This document shows positions 1 through 10,268 of a stretch of 32,000 bases of DNA, piece by piece. Location of the stretch: contig NC_000909.1 of NCBI RefSeq assembly GCF_000091665.1, positions 1,162,961 to 1,194,960 of the forward strand. The letters are read 5' to 3'. The position numbers were made by a program, and so were the translations under genes. Source of the stretch: Methanocaldococcus jannaschii DSM 2661. GTDB taxonomy: Archaea; AGJL01; Methanococci; Methanococcales; Methanocaldococcaceae. The notes under the pieces were generated by a model that did no database searches, was not told the origin of the DNA, and worked only from the letters and a program-made list of their open reading frames with translations. Each line of letters opens with the position of its first letter. Position 1 is the first letter of the stretch.

Positions 1-1029
1 AATAAAACTCTCAAACTTTGGATTTAGTAAAGAATCTCCAATAAACACCTTAGCATCTTTTAAGTTAATTCCATGCAGTATAAAATTCAACTTTGCTAAA
101 ACGGCAGTAACATCATTCCTTTCTTGCCCAACCAACACAATATTTGGATTACTACCTGCAAATCTATACTGCTCTATCAACATAGAACCAGAACCACATG
201 CAGGGTCTAAAATTACCTCATCGTCTTTTGGTTCAACCAAATGGGCAATTAGTTTGCTAACTTCAATAGGAGTATAAACCTCCCCCTCTTTTGCCTTTGT
301 TGGAGCAAAATAATTTAAAGTCCATTCATAAGCATCTCCCAATATATCATAAGATGCTTCTGAAAAATCTGCTCTACTAAATAAATTAATTAAATGTTGA
401 ACAATATGCCTATTTTCATTTTCAAATAATGTAGGAAGTCCAGTTCTTTTTATCAACTCATCTAAACCACTCAATTTCTCCTTATTCATCTCAACAATTT
501 TATTTAATGCATTTATAAAATCTTCTGGATTATTTGCTACTTCATGCCATACATACAACTTTTTACCCTCAACATCATAAAGCTCTAAAATTTCCTCATT
601 TGCCAATACATATATATCTTCTTCATCCAAATCTTCAAACTCCTTCTTCAACTCCTCAACTTTTAACAGATATTTATCACTAATTGCCTTAAAAAACAAA
701 AATAACAGTAATACTTTATAATCTACCTGCGTTCTTATCAAATCAGCCCCTTGCTTAAGCAAACCAATTAACTTATCTTTACTTACCTTTTCAATTTTTT
801 CAGTAGTTAATGGCTTTATTTTATAAATTTTCTTTCTTTTATCTTCCTTCTTTGCTGTCTTTTCCAATAATCCAGCATCAGCCAACTTGGATAATACTTC
901 ATTCACATTTTCATAGTTATCTTTAAGAACCTTTTCAGCCATATCATAGGTAAATGGGAATAGCCCAAATTTATCCATTAATATATTATATGCTTTCAAA
1001 AACCTTGGTTCAACATTTCTAAGTTTCAA
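1..1029 (-). CDS. hsdM: Type I restriction-modification system DNA methyltransferase subunit (HsdM), N-terminal part, runs off the window start; has an N-terminal winged-helix-like extension
   Basis: Reverse-strand translation from TTG at 1029: MKLRNVEPRFLKAYNILMDKFGLFPFTYDMAEKVLKDNYENVNEVLSKLADAG..., with ...AYEWTLNYFAPTKAKEGEVYTPIEVSKLIAHLVEPKDDEVILDPACGSGSMLIEQYRF (HsdM/N6-MTase motif I). Open to position 1. Confidence 0.88.
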   Translation of the reverse strand, partial: MKLRNVEPRFLKAYNILMDKFGLFPFTYDMAEKVLKDNYENVNEVLSKLADAGLLEKTAKKEDKRKKIYKIKPLTTEKIEKVSKDKLIGLLKQGADLIRTQVDYKVLLLFLFFKAISDKYLLKVEELKKEFEDLDEEDIYVLANEEILELYDVEGKKLYVWHEVANNPEDFINALNKIVEMNKEKLSGLDELIKRTGLPTLFENENRHIVQHLINLFSRADFSEASYDILGDAYEWTLNYFAPTKAKEGEVYTPIEVSKLIAHLVEPKDDEVILDPACGSGSMLIEQYRFAGSNPNIVLVGQERNDVTAVLAKLNFILHGINLKDAKVFIGDSLLNPKFESFI

Positions 1030-1116
1030 GGTATCACCAACTTAGATAGTTATTTTAATGTTTTCACTATGTAATTGGATGTAGGGTGTATATAAAGGTT
1101 GTGGTTTGGTGAGAGA

Positions 1117-1998
1117 ATGAGATACATGAAAATCATCATTCCAAAAAAATTCCTAAATACTGTTGAGGAAATTTTAAAAAAGAACAATGCCTACTCAATA
1201 TCAATAATTGAACCATTAAAGACATCAATTGAAGATGGAATCATCATAACATGCAACGCAGATGCAAGAGATGCAGAAAAAATAGTTTTAGAATTAAAAA
1301 AATTAGGTTTAGGAGAGAAAGGTCATGGAAGTGTGACAATAATGCCAGCAAACATAACATTCTCATGTAGGGAGGAGGGAATAGCTTCAACAAGCTTGTC
1401 TCCTTTAGAACTCTACTACAAAGCAAAAACTATGGTTAAAATTACGAAAAATGTTATAATTAAAGTTATATTGGCAAGTATCATGGGAGTTATTGGATTG
1501 ATAGAGCATAATATTCCAACATTAATTGGGGCGATGATTATAGCACCTTTAGTTGATACAGTTATGGGAAGTGCCATAGGAACAGTATTGGGAGATAAAG
1601 AGTTATTCATCCAAGGGATGAAAAAAGAACTCCTCTGCTCTGGGATTGTTATAGTTTGTGCATTTATTCCAAGTTTGTTTTTTGTTTCAAAAGAGTTGGT
1701 TTTACAGTATCTATCAGAGACATCAATAATATTGAGTGCTATTGTTGCAATTATTGCAGGTATTTCAGGGGGAATGAGTATTGCAAGCGGAAAGGAGTAT
1801 GAAATCATTGGAGTTACAATTGATGTTTCAATATTAATCCCAGCTTTATTAATGGGCATGGCTTTAGCTACCATGGACTTATATCTGATTTATATAACCT
1901 TCATTCTGTTGGCTATAAACATAGTGTTATTAGATGTTGGTGGCTACATTGGCTTAAAATACAAAGTTGGAAAGATAAATCAAAAAATAAAATATTAA
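1117..1998 (+). CDS. DUF389-family multi-pass membrane protein
   Basis: ORF 1099..1998; several hydrophobic helices and DUF389-like motif [32 protein letters not shown]. Start is probably ATG 1117 or 1126 after GGTGAG; TATA-like tatataaa at about 1089. Confidence 0.8.
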
Positions 1999-2017
1999 AA
2001 ACTCTTATTTTTCCATT

Positions 2018-2740
2018 TTAAAAAATCTTCTGCATAATCAACTTAAATAAAATTTTAAACCCAGTTATTACATTAGTTCCTCTACTCATCGAATATTCAG
2101 TATATATAGTTTTTATTGGCACTTCTTTAAGCTTTAATCCATGTTTTTTAGCTAAAATTATAAATTCAGAGGAAACTTCATACCTATCACTCTTTAAATC
2201 CCCTATTATTTTCTTAGCCGCTTCATAAGAGAAAGCTCTCAATCCACTTTGGCTGTCTGTAACAAAATACCCTCCCATCAAATAAGTTATAAAATTTAAG
2301 CCAAAATTCCCAATCCTTTTAACTAATGGCATATTCTTTAACTCATTCTTATCCATCATCCTACTACCAATAGCCATATCATAGCCTTCAAATAATACTG
2401 GCTTAACAACCTTCTCAACGTCTTTTGGATGATGTTGCCCATCTGCATCAAAGGTAATGATGATTTTTGGTTTATATAGCAGAGCACATTTAATCCCAGT
2501 CCCTAAAGCTCCCCCTAACCCTCTATTCAATATATGCCTACAGACTATAACTCCCTCTTTTTTAGCTATCTCTGAAGTTTTATCCATTGAACCATCATCA
2601 ACAACTACTATATTTTTATAGCCCTCTTTTTTTAAATTCTTTAAAGTTTCTCCAATCATCTTTTCTTCATTGAATGCAGGAACGACTACAAATATCTCAT
2701 CTTTATTAATCTCATTAATTTGGCTGTTTTGCTTTTTCAT
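2018..2740 (-). CDS. Family 2 glycosyltransferase, dolichyl-phosphate mannose synthase-like
   Basis: ORF 2018..2749; VVVPAFNEEKMIGETL, VVDDGSMDKT, IITFDADGQHHP, GSRMM...; start likely MKKQNS at 2740. Confidence 0.9.
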   Translation of the reverse strand: MKKQNSQINEINKDEIFVVVPAFNEEKMIGETLKNLKKEGYKNIVVVDDGSMDKTSEIAKKEGVIVCRHILNRGLGGALGTGIKCALLYKPKIIITFDADGQHHPKDVEKVVKPVLFEGYDMAIGSRMMDKNELKNMPLVKRIGNFGLNFITYLMGGYFVTDSQSGLRAFSYEAAKKIIGDLKSDRYEVSSEFIILAKKHGLKLKEVPIKTIYTEYSMSRGTNVITGFKILFKLIMQKIF

Positions 2741-2993
2741 TATCTCCACCTATAACCTTACAGAAGGCAAATGCCCCAACAACCCCACATATAAAGATGG
2801 CTAAGGCTATAGTATCGGCAAATGCAAGGTTGTATTTTTGGGAGATAACAACTATCAACGTCCCAGCAACAACGGTAATTATTGACTCCCCAACTAAAAC
2901 ATTGGCAGTTCCCTTTTTAAATGATAATCTTAATCCCACTAATGCAGAGAAGCTTAGAGCTATAATAGCAAATAACCAAACATAGATATTCAT
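2715..2993 (-). CDS. Small membrane protein, about 3 TM; weak resemblance to small membrane subunits of Eha/Mrp-type complexes
   Basis: 92-aa ORF with hydrophobic segments, overlapping the start of the downstream glycosyltransferase. Confidence 0.6.
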   Translation of the reverse strand: MNIYVWLFAIIALSFSALVGLRLSFKKGTANVLVGESIITVVAGTLIVVISQKYNLAFADTIALAIFICGVVGAFAFCKVIGGDNEKAKQPN

Positions 2994-3094
2994 ACTACCA
3001 CCAAATAAAAGTTATAAATATAATTATCAGTTAAATATTAACTTAGATAACTTAAAGTTAATAATCTTTTTGGTTATAAAAAGAGGTTGGAAGT

Positions 3095-3208
3095 ATGCAG
3101 TTGGATGCCTTTGCAATATTGGTGTTAGTTATATTGGGATTTATGGCATTGTTTGCTACAGCTATTGCAGTCTGGTATTGGAAAGTTGGAAGGAAGTTGA
3201 TACAATAA
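3095..3208 (+). CDS. Candidate small single-TM protein (37 aa), absent from the supplied ORF track
   Basis: ATG 3095 to TAA 3206-3208: MQLDAFAILVLVILGFMALFATAIAVWYWKVGRKLIQ; TATA-like ttataaaaag just upstream; ends 1 nt before the convergent gene. Confidence 0.5.
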   Translation: MQLDAFAILVLVILGFMALFATAIAVWYWKVGRKLIQ

Positions 3209-3209
3209 G

Positions 3210-3446
3210 TTACAATCTTTTATAAATATCATATAAAATTGCTCCAAACAGCAAGCTAATGTAAATAATGATTGTTATATCTGTTAAAATTAGTGATAAG
3301 CCAATATTAAAACTACCTTCAGAAAATGAAACCTTAATAACGACAGCAACTAATAAAGTCAATCCTGCTCCAAGAAATATTTTATAAATGTCAAAAATGG
3401 CATTAAATAGTAATTCTCTCTTTTTAGTCAGTTTTTCATCATCCAA
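3210..3446 (-). CDS. Small two-TM membrane protein (78 aa)
   Basis: ORF with two hydrophobic helices (FLGAGLTLLVAVVIK; DITIIIYISLLFGAIL). Confidence 0.55.
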   Translation of the reverse strand: MDDEKLTKKRELLFNAIFDIYKIFLGAGLTLLVAVVIKVSFSEGSFNIGLSLILTDITIIIYISLLFGAILYDIYKRL

Positions 3447-3450
3447 AATT

Positions 3451-3621
3451 TCACCAATAATACTTTATCATCAATATGATAAAAATCACCGCCCCTAAAA
3501 ATACCATCAACCAAACCCATATATTCAAAATAAATAAAAATTTAAAAATCTTTTCTCTCTTTTCCGGGTCATTTAAAAGCTTTTTTATTGGGTCTTTCCC
3601 ATAGTATTTTTTTCTTTTCAT
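3451..3621 (-). CDS. Candidate small single-TM protein (56 aa), absent from the supplied ORF track
   Basis: ATG 3621 to TGA 3451: MKRKKYYGKDPIKKLLNDPEKREKIFKFLFILNIWVWLMVFLGAVIFIILMIKYYW; fits head-to-tail between neighbouring minus-strand genes. Confidence 0.6.
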   Translation of the reverse strand: MKRKKYYGKDPIKKLLNDPEKREKIFKFLFILNIWVWLMVFLGAVIFIILMIKYYW

Positions 3622-3633
3622 AATTATCACTTT

Positions 3634-4035
3634 TTAGTCAAATAAAGATAATTTAAATATAAGCTGTGTTGTTGTCGGCAGTTCTTTTCTAACAATCTTT
3701 AGTTCTGGTTTATATATATACATTACATCCTTCTCTGAAAAAATATCAATCTCTTTCCCCAAAATCTTTGATATAACTTTTACTTCTTCTTTTCCACTGA
3801 TTTTTATAGCCCCTCCTAAAGAGGAATCAACCTCTAAAACAATAGGGATTTTTAAATCTTCACTTGCTATCTCTTTTAAAAACTCAAGCTCTCTCCTTTT
3901 TATCCTATGCCTTTTACCGTTTATTATTACATGTGGTTTTTCTTCACTCAATAACTCTCTTAAAGTTTTCCTTTTAAACCTTGGATTCATATCTTTTATT
4001 ATTCCTTTTATAATCTTTTCTACATCTCTCATACT
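3634..4035 (-). CDS. UPF0216 (DUF61) family protein
   Basis: ORF 3634..4053; MRDVEKIIKGIIKDMNPRFKRKTLRELLSEEKPHVIINGKRHRIKRRELEFL resembles UPF0216 from memory. Confidence 0.75.
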   Translation of the reverse strand, partial: SMRDVEKIIKGIIKDMNPRFKRKTLRELLSEEKPHVIINGKRHRIKRRELEFLKEIASEDLKIPIVLEVDSSLGGAIKISGKEEVKVISKILGKEIDIFSEKDVMYIYKPELKIVRKELPTTTQLIFKLSLFD

Positions 4036-4148
4036 CATCACAAGGATAATCATTTTATACGTTAAATGAAATATTAATATTATGTGTAAGAATTCAAATT
4101 TAAATTTAAACTATTGAAAATTTCCTGTGAGGGATGTTTGTGAGAGTC

Positions 4149-4976
4149 ATGAAAATTGCCCAAAATAAAAAGATTGTAACTGTTTATCCTACAACTACAA
4201 TAAGAAAAGCCCTTATGACTATGAATGAGAATAAATACAGAAGATTGCCAGTGGTAAATGCGGGAAATAACAAAGTTGTTGGTATAATTACAAGTATGGA
4301 TATTGTAGATTTCATGGGTGGGGGTTCAAAATACAACTTAATTAGAGAGAAGCATGAAAGGAATTTTTTAGCAGCAATAAATGAACCAGTTAGAGAGATA
4401 ATGGAGGAGAATGTTATAACTTTAAAGGAGAATGCAGATATTGATGAAGCAATAGAGACATTCTTAACAAAAAATGTTGGGGGGGCTCCAATAGTTAATG
4501 ACGAGAACCAACTCATTTCATTAATTACAGAAAGAGATGTGATAAGGGCTTTATTGGATAAGATAGACGAAAATGAGGTTATTGATGATTATATAACAAG
4601 GGACGTTATTGTAGCCACACCAGGAGAGAGGTTGAAAGATGTTGCGAGAACTATGGTGAGAAATGGGTTTAGAAGACTGCCAGTTGTTAGTGAGGGGAGA
4701 TTGGTAGGGATTATAACATCAACGGACTTTATAAAACTTTTAGGTAGTGATTGGGCTTTCAACCACATGCAAACTGGTAATGTTAGAGAGATAACAAATG
4801 TTAGAATGGAAGAGATTATGAAGAGGGATGTTATAACTGCAAAAGAGGGAGATAAATTAAAGAAGATAGCTGAAATAATGGTAACCAATGATATAGGGGC
4901 TTTACCAGTAGTTGATGAAAACTTAAGGATAAAAGGAATTATCACAGAGAAGGATGTTTTAAAATACTTTGCTTAA
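4149..4976 (+). CDS. Protein made of four CBS domains (two Bateman modules), adenine-nucleotide sensor type
   Basis: ORF 4134..4976; four repeats with (R)RLPVV.../GIITSMDIV, GGAPIVNDENQLISLITERDV, FRRLPVVSEGRLVGIITSTDF, IGALPVVDENLRIKGIITEKDV. Confidence 0.9.
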   Translation: MKIAQNKKIVTVYPTTTIRKALMTMNENKYRRLPVVNAGNNKVVGIITSMDIVDFMGGGSKYNLIREKHERNFLAAINEPVREIMEENVITLKENADIDEAIETFLTKNVGGAPIVNDENQLISLITERDVIRALLDKIDENEVIDDYITRDVIVATPGERLKDVARTMVRNGFRRLPVVSEGRLVGIITSTDFIKLLGSDWAFNHMQTGNVREITNVRMEEIMKRDVITAKEGDKLKKIAEIMVTNDIGALPVVDENLRIKGIITEKDVLKYFA

Positions 4977-5010
4977 ATAAATTATTTTTTATTTTTTGTG
5001 GGGGGTTGTT

Positions 5011-7413
5011 ATGAATGTTGAGGAAATTGAAGAAGAATATAAAACTTCTATAAAAACTGGATTATCAACTGAAGAAGCTAAGAAGAGATTAAAAATCTAT
5101 GGATATAATGAAATCCCAGAAAAAAAGGTTCATCCAATTATTAAATTTCTCTCTTACTTCTGGAATCCTATTGCTTGGATGATTGAAATTGCCGCTATTT
5201 TATCTGCAATAATCAAACACTGGGTGGATTTTGTTATAATCTTAATACTACTGTTGGTTAATGGTGTTGTTGGTTTTTGGGAAGAATATAAGGCAGAAAA
5301 TGTCATAGAGTTTTTAAAGCAGAAGATGGCTTTAAATGCAAGGGTTTTGAGAGATGGAAAATGGCAAATAATTCCAGCAAAAGAATTAGTCCCTGGAGAT
5401 GTTGTTAGAATTAGGATTGGAGATATCGTTCCAGCTGATATAATATTGGTTGATGGAGATTATTTAGTTGTAGATGAATCTGCCTTAACTGGAGAGAGTT
5501 TGCCAGTAGAGAAGAAGATTGGAGATATTGCTTATTCTGGCTCTATTGTTAAAAAAGGAGAGATGACTGGAATAGTTAAAGCTACCGGGCTAAATACTTA
5601 CTTTGGAAAGACCGTTAAGTTAGTTGAAAAAGCAGAAAAAGTTAGCTCTTATCAAAAGATGATTATCAAGATAGGAGACTATTTGATAGTTTTAGCAGTA
5701 ATTTTAATAGCAATAATGGTTGCCGTTGAATTGTTTAGAGGAAAGAGTTTAATAGAAACAGCCCAATTTGCTTTAGTGTTAGCTGTTTCAGCAATTCCAG
5801 CGGCTATGCCAGCTGTGTTATCAATAACTATGGCTATTGGAGCATTAAATTTAGCAAAGAAGGATGCTATTGTTAAGAAACTTGTAGCTATTGAAGAACT
5901 TGCAGGAGTTGATATTCTCTGCTCAGATAAAACTGGGACTTTAACAAAGAATCAGCTTGTGTGTGGGGAAATTATAGCTTTAAATGGATTTAGTAAAGAG
6001 GATGTTGTTTTATTTGCCGCTCTTGCTTCAAGGGAAGAGGATGCTGATGCAATAGATATGGCAATTTTAAATGAGGCTAAGAAATTAGGATTGATGGAAA
6101 AAATAAAAAACTACAAAATAAAGAAGTTCATTCCATTTGACCCAGTTATTAAGAGGACAGAGGCAGAGGTAACTAACGATGAGGAGTTTAAAGTCTCAAA
6201 AGGAGCTCCTCAGGTTATATTAGATTTATGCAATGCAGATGAAGAGTTAAGGAGAAAGGTTGAGGAAATTGTTGATAAGCTTGCTGAAAATGGTTATAGG
6301 GCTTTAGGGGTAGCTGTTTATAAAAATGGGAGATGGCACTTTGCTGGAATAATCCCATTGTATGACCCTCCAAGAGAAGATGCTCCTTTGGCAGTTAAGA
6401 AGATTAAAGAGCTTGGAGTTATAATAAAGATGGTTACTGGAGACCATGTAGCTATAGCTAAGAATATAGCACGAATGTTGGGCATTGGAGACAAGATAAT
6501 ATCAATTAGTGAGCTATTGAAAAAACTAAAAAGAGGAGAGATTAAAGAAGAAAAATTTGATGAGATTGTTGAAGAAGCAGATGGATTTGCTGAGGTATTC
6601 CCAGAGCATAAATATAAGATTGTTGATTCACTGCAGAAGAGAGGGCATCTTGTTGCCATGACTGGGGATGGAGTTAATGATGCTCCTGCCTTAAAAAAGG
6701 CTGACTGTGGGATTGCTGTTTCAAATGCAACTGATGCTGCAAGAGCCGCTGCTGATATAGTTTTATTATCTCCTGGAATATCTGTTATTGTTGATGCAAT
6801 CCAAGAGGCAAGAAGGATATTTCAAAGAATGGAAAGCTATGTTATTTATAGAATTACTGAGACAATAAGGATTTTATTCTTTGTTGAGTTATGCATATTG
6901 ATTTTGGGCATTTATCCAATAACTGCATTGATGATTGTGCTCTTAGCTATATTGAATGACATCCCTATATTGGCAATCGCCTATGATAACGTTGTTGAGC
7001 CAAAATCTCCAGTTAGATGGAGGATGAGAGAGATTTTAATGCTCTCAACTGCTTTAGGACTGAGTGGAGTTGTTAGCTCCTTCCTGATATTCTATATATC
7101 TGATGTATTCTTACATCTAACAATTGCAGAGTTGCAGAGCTTTGTATTTTTAAAGTTGATATTGGCTGGACATGCAACCATATTCGTTACAAGAATTAGA
7201 GATAGGTTGTGGAAAAAGCCATATCCAAGTAAGTTGCTGTTCTGGGGAGTTATGGGAACAAATATTATTGGAACAATTGTAGCTGCTGAAGGAATATTCA
7301 TGGCTCCAATTGGTTGGGATTTGGCTTTGTTTATGTGGCTCTATGCCCATGTTTGGATGTTAATTAACGATGAGATTAAAATGATTTTGCTAAAAAGACT
7401 AAAAATTGATTAG
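5011..7413 (+). CDS. P-type H+-transporting ATPase (plasma-membrane, P3A type)
   Basis: ORF 4996..7413; DKTGTLTKNQL phosphorylation motif, TGES, MVTGDHVAIAKNIAR, TGDGVNDAPALKKADCGIAV. Track start 4996 is TTG; ATG at 5011 follows GGGGG. Confidence 0.95.
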   Translation: MNVEEIEEEYKTSIKTGLSTEEAKKRLKIYGYNEIPEKKVHPIIKFLSYFWNPIAWMIEIAAILSAIIKHWVDFVIILILLLVNGVVGFWEEYKAENVIEFLKQKMALNARVLRDGKWQIIPAKELVPGDVVRIRIGDIVPADIILVDGDYLVVDESALTGESLPVEKKIGDIAYSGSIVKKGEMTGIVKATGLNTYFGKTVKLVEKAEKVSSYQKMIIKIGDYLIVLAVILIAIMVAVELFRGKSLIETAQFALVLAVSAIPAAMPAVLSITMAIGALNLAKKDAIVKKLVAIEELAGVDILCSDKTGTLTKNQLVCGEIIALNGFSKEDVVLFAALASREEDADAIDMAILNEAKKLGLMEKIKNYKIKKFIPFDPVIKRTEAEVTNDEEFKVSKGAPQVILDLCNADEELRRKVEEIVDKLAENGYRALGVAVYKNGRWHFAGIIPLYDPPREDAPLAVKKIKELGVIIKMVTGDHVAIAKNIARMLGIGDKIISISELLKKLKRGEIKEEKFDEIVEEADGFAEVFPEHKYKIVDSLQKRGHLVAMTGDGVNDAPALKKADCGIAVSNATDAARAAADIVLLSPGISVIVDAIQEARRIFQRMESYVIYRITETIRILFFVELCILILGIYPITALMIVLLAILNDIPILAIAYDNVVEPKSPVRWRMREILMLSTALGLSGVVSSFLIFYISDVFLHLTIAELQSFVFLKLILAGHATIFVTRIRDRLWKKPYPSKLLFWGVMGTNIIGTIVAAEGIFMAPIGWDLALFMWLYAHVWMLINDEIKMILLKRLKID

Positions 7414-7421
7414 GTGATAAA

Positions 7422-8144
7422 GTGAAAGCTTTAGTTTCAGGAATAGTAGATTTATCAACAATTGATTATCCAAAAAAAGCTTCAGCTGTCATATTTCTAT
7501 ATGGATGTAATATGAAATGCCCTTATTGCCACAATTTAAAGTTTATGTTGGAGCATAAGAGGGGGATGACAGTTGAGGAAATTTTTAATGATATAGATTT
7601 TTTATTTGCAGATGCTATCGTCATAAGTGGAGGAGAACCTACTCTGCAGAAAGATGCTGTGATAGAGATAGCAAGATATGCTAAAGAAAAAGGGTTTCCA
7701 GTGAAAATTGATACAAACGGCACACATCCAGAGGTTATTGAGGAGCTAATTAAAAATAAGCTTATTGATTATGTTGCTATTGATGTAAAATGTAGATTTG
7801 ATAAGTATAAAGAGTTTGTAAAATGCAGAGAGGATGGAGAGGAGATTAAAAATAAGATATTAAAGATTATTGATTTATGCAAAAAAAATAATGTATTTGT
7901 TGAGTGTAGAACAACTTTTGTCCCAAAAGTTATGGATGAGGAAGATATTGAAGATATAGCAAAAACAGTTAAAGACTGTGACTTATATGCAATTCAGCAG
8001 TTTGAGCCAAAGGATGCCTATGATGAAGAATTTAAAAAACTCCCTATGCCTAAAGAAAATGAGTTGAGAGAGTTGGGTAAAATAGCAAAGAAATATATTG
8101 ATAATGTTGTTATAAGGACCATAAATGGAACTTTTGAAATTTAA
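7422..8144 (+). CDS. Radical SAM activating protein (anaerobic ribonucleotide reductase/PFL-activase-like)
   Basis: FLYGCNMKCPYCHNLKF (CxxxCxxC) and VISGGEPTL; starts 9 nt after the ATPase stop with ggtgataaag upstream. Confidence 0.88.
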   Translation: MKALVSGIVDLSTIDYPKKASAVIFLYGCNMKCPYCHNLKFMLEHKRGMTVEEIFNDIDFLFADAIVISGGEPTLQKDAVIEIARYAKEKGFPVKIDTNGTHPEVIEELIKNKLIDYVAIDVKCRFDKYKEFVKCREDGEEIKNKILKIIDLCKKNNVFVECRTTFVPKVMDEEDIEDIAKTVKDCDLYAIQQFEPKDAYDEEFKKLPMPKENELRELGKIAKKYIDNVVIRTINGTFEI

Positions 8145-8158
8145 ATTAAAATTAAAAT

Positions 8159-8557
8159 TTACTTTCCACCAATAACTCTTGTTATCTTGTATTGACCAAC
8201 TGCTTCTATATATTCAACTTCTCCTCCTGGCTCTAATCCTTCAATACCTTCTGGAATTGGCAACTCCAATGTTTCGTAAGTTTGCAAGTCCATAATTTGA
8301 ACCATATCTCCCATTATAGCCAATACTTGTCCTTTTCTTCTGTCAATTATTGGAACTTCTACCTTGCTTGATGTTGGTGCAACAAACTCCTTCTTAACTT
8401 TTTCAAATATTCCAATACCTACAACTCTTGCCTTAGCTCCTCCGTGTTTTCCTGGCTTTGAAACGCTAATATCTACAATTTCACATGGAACTCCATCAAT
8501 CATAACATACTGTCCAACTTTTAATGAACCGACATTAACTTGTTTTGTTCCTGGCAT
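8159..8557 (-). CDS. eif5a: Translation initiation factor aIF5A, hypusine-containing
   Basis: ORF 8159..8566; MPGTKQVNVGSLKVGQYVMIDGVPCEIVDISVSKPGKHGGAKARVVGIGIF, with conserved GKHGGAK hypusination loop. Confidence 0.96.
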   Translation of the reverse strand: MPGTKQVNVGSLKVGQYVMIDGVPCEIVDISVSKPGKHGGAKARVVGIGIFEKVKKEFVAPTSSKVEVPIIDRRKGQVLAIMGDMVQIMDLQTYETLELPIPEGIEGLEPGGEVEYIEAVGQYKITRVIGGK

Positions 8558-8750
8558 TATTATCACCTTTTATTTTCTAAAAAAGAAACTTTTAATAACT
8601 ATTGCCTTATGTTATATAAATATTACTATCAACACATTCTGAGTTTTTGAGATTATTAATCTTATTAATCTATTAAATTTAATATTCAAATTTAACAAAA
8701 TTTCAATAACTTCTATCTTTTAAGCATATAAAAAATAAAATTTTAGATAG

Positions 8751-10256
8751 TTACCATTCTTTGTTATTCACTTCATTTTCTTTCATAATTTGGGATATAT
8801 ACATTGTTAAACCACCAACAGCGGCGGCTATCTTTTTATTCTTTTCAAATACCTTCTCTGATACAACACTGTATAAATCTCTTGATTCTAATGCGTATTT
8901 AACCATTTTCTCTCTTAATTTATGCATATTCTGCTCTACATAGTGAGTTGAGATATTCCCTTTTAAAAAGTTCTCCTCCTCTAAAACAGCCCTATGGAAT
9001 GGAATATTTGTTTTAACGCCTATTATAACATACTCCCTCAAAGCTCTTTTCATTCTTGCTATTGCCTCCTCTCTGCTATTTCCATAAGTAATTAGCTTAG
9101 CTATCATTGAATCATAGTAAGGAGGAATTTCAGCCCCTCCATAGACACCACTGTCAATCCTAACTCCAGGCCCCCCTGGAGACCTATATAGTTTTATCTT
9201 TCCAGGACATGGAACGAAATCATTTAATGGGTCTTCTGCGTTAATTCTGCACTCAATTGCATGCCCTCTTATTTTAACATCTTCCTGCTTTAAAGTTAAT
9301 TCTTCTCCAGCAGCTATTTTAATCATCGCCTTAACCAAATCTATTCCAGTAACTTGCTCTGTAACTGTATGCTCAACTTGAATTCTTGTATTCATCTCTA
9401 AGAAGTAAAAGTTGCCATTTTCATACAAAAACTCAACAGTTCCTGCACTGTCATAATTTATTGCCTTTCCTGCTTTGATTGCCGCTTCTCCCATTCTTTC
9501 TCTTAACTCTTCAGTCATTATTGGTGAGGGAGCCTCTTCAATCAACTTCTGATGTCTCCTCTGTATTGAACACTCTCTATCTCCTAAATGAATAATATTC
9601 CCATGCTTATCTCCCAATAATTGGATTTCAATGTGTCTTGGATTTTCTAAGTATTTCTCAATAAATACTGTTGGGTCACCAAATGCACTCTTTGCAATGT
9701 TTCTTGCAGATTCAATAACTTCTTTTAACTCCTCTTTGCTATATGCAACACTCATTCCCATTCCGCCACCGCCAGCTGAAGCTTTAACAACTACAGGGAA
9801 ACCGATAGCTTCAGCTATTTCTATTGCTTCATCAATATCTTCAATAGCCCCCTCACTACCAGGAATTAAAGGAACTCCTGCTTTTTTCATGATTTTTTTA
9901 GCGTTAATTTTACTTCCCATTGCTTCTATAGCATCTGGATTAGGCCCTATAAATTCAAAACCAGCTTTTTTAACAGCCCTTGCAAATTCAGCATTTTCAG
10001 CTAAAAATCCATATCCTGGATGGATGGCATCAACCTTAGCTTTCTCAGCTACATTTAATATGGCATCAATGTTTAAATAACTCTTTGCCGCTGGAGCAGG
10101 ACCTATACAGTAAGCTTCATCAGCCAAAGTAGCATGTAAAGACCTCTTATCTGCCTCAGAATAAACTGCAACTGTCTTAATTCCCAACTCCCAACATGCT
10201 CTTATAATTCTAATCGCTATCTCCCCTCTATTTGCAATTAAAACTTTGTTAAACAT
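8751..10256 (-). CDS. pycA: Biotin carboxylase, pyruvate carboxylase subunit A
   Basis: [41 protein letters not shown]..., [21 protein letters not shown]. Confidence 0.96.
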
Positions 10257-10268
10257 GATTTTTCACCT

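Noticed and set aside
1-1029. Complete restriction or anti-phage island at the left edge
   Set aside because: Only part of HsdM is present; no HsdS/HsdR or other defence genes can be seen in the window, so no island can be claimed.
1416-1874. 152-aa minus-strand ORF antisense to the DUF389 gene
   Set aside because: Mirror-frame artefact of a well-supported membrane-protein gene; no recognisable motifs or initiation signal.
9631-10080. 149-aa plus-strand ORF antisense to pycA
   Set aside because: Antisense to highly conserved biotin carboxylase; composition (serine/alanine/proline-rich) is typical of shadow ORFs.
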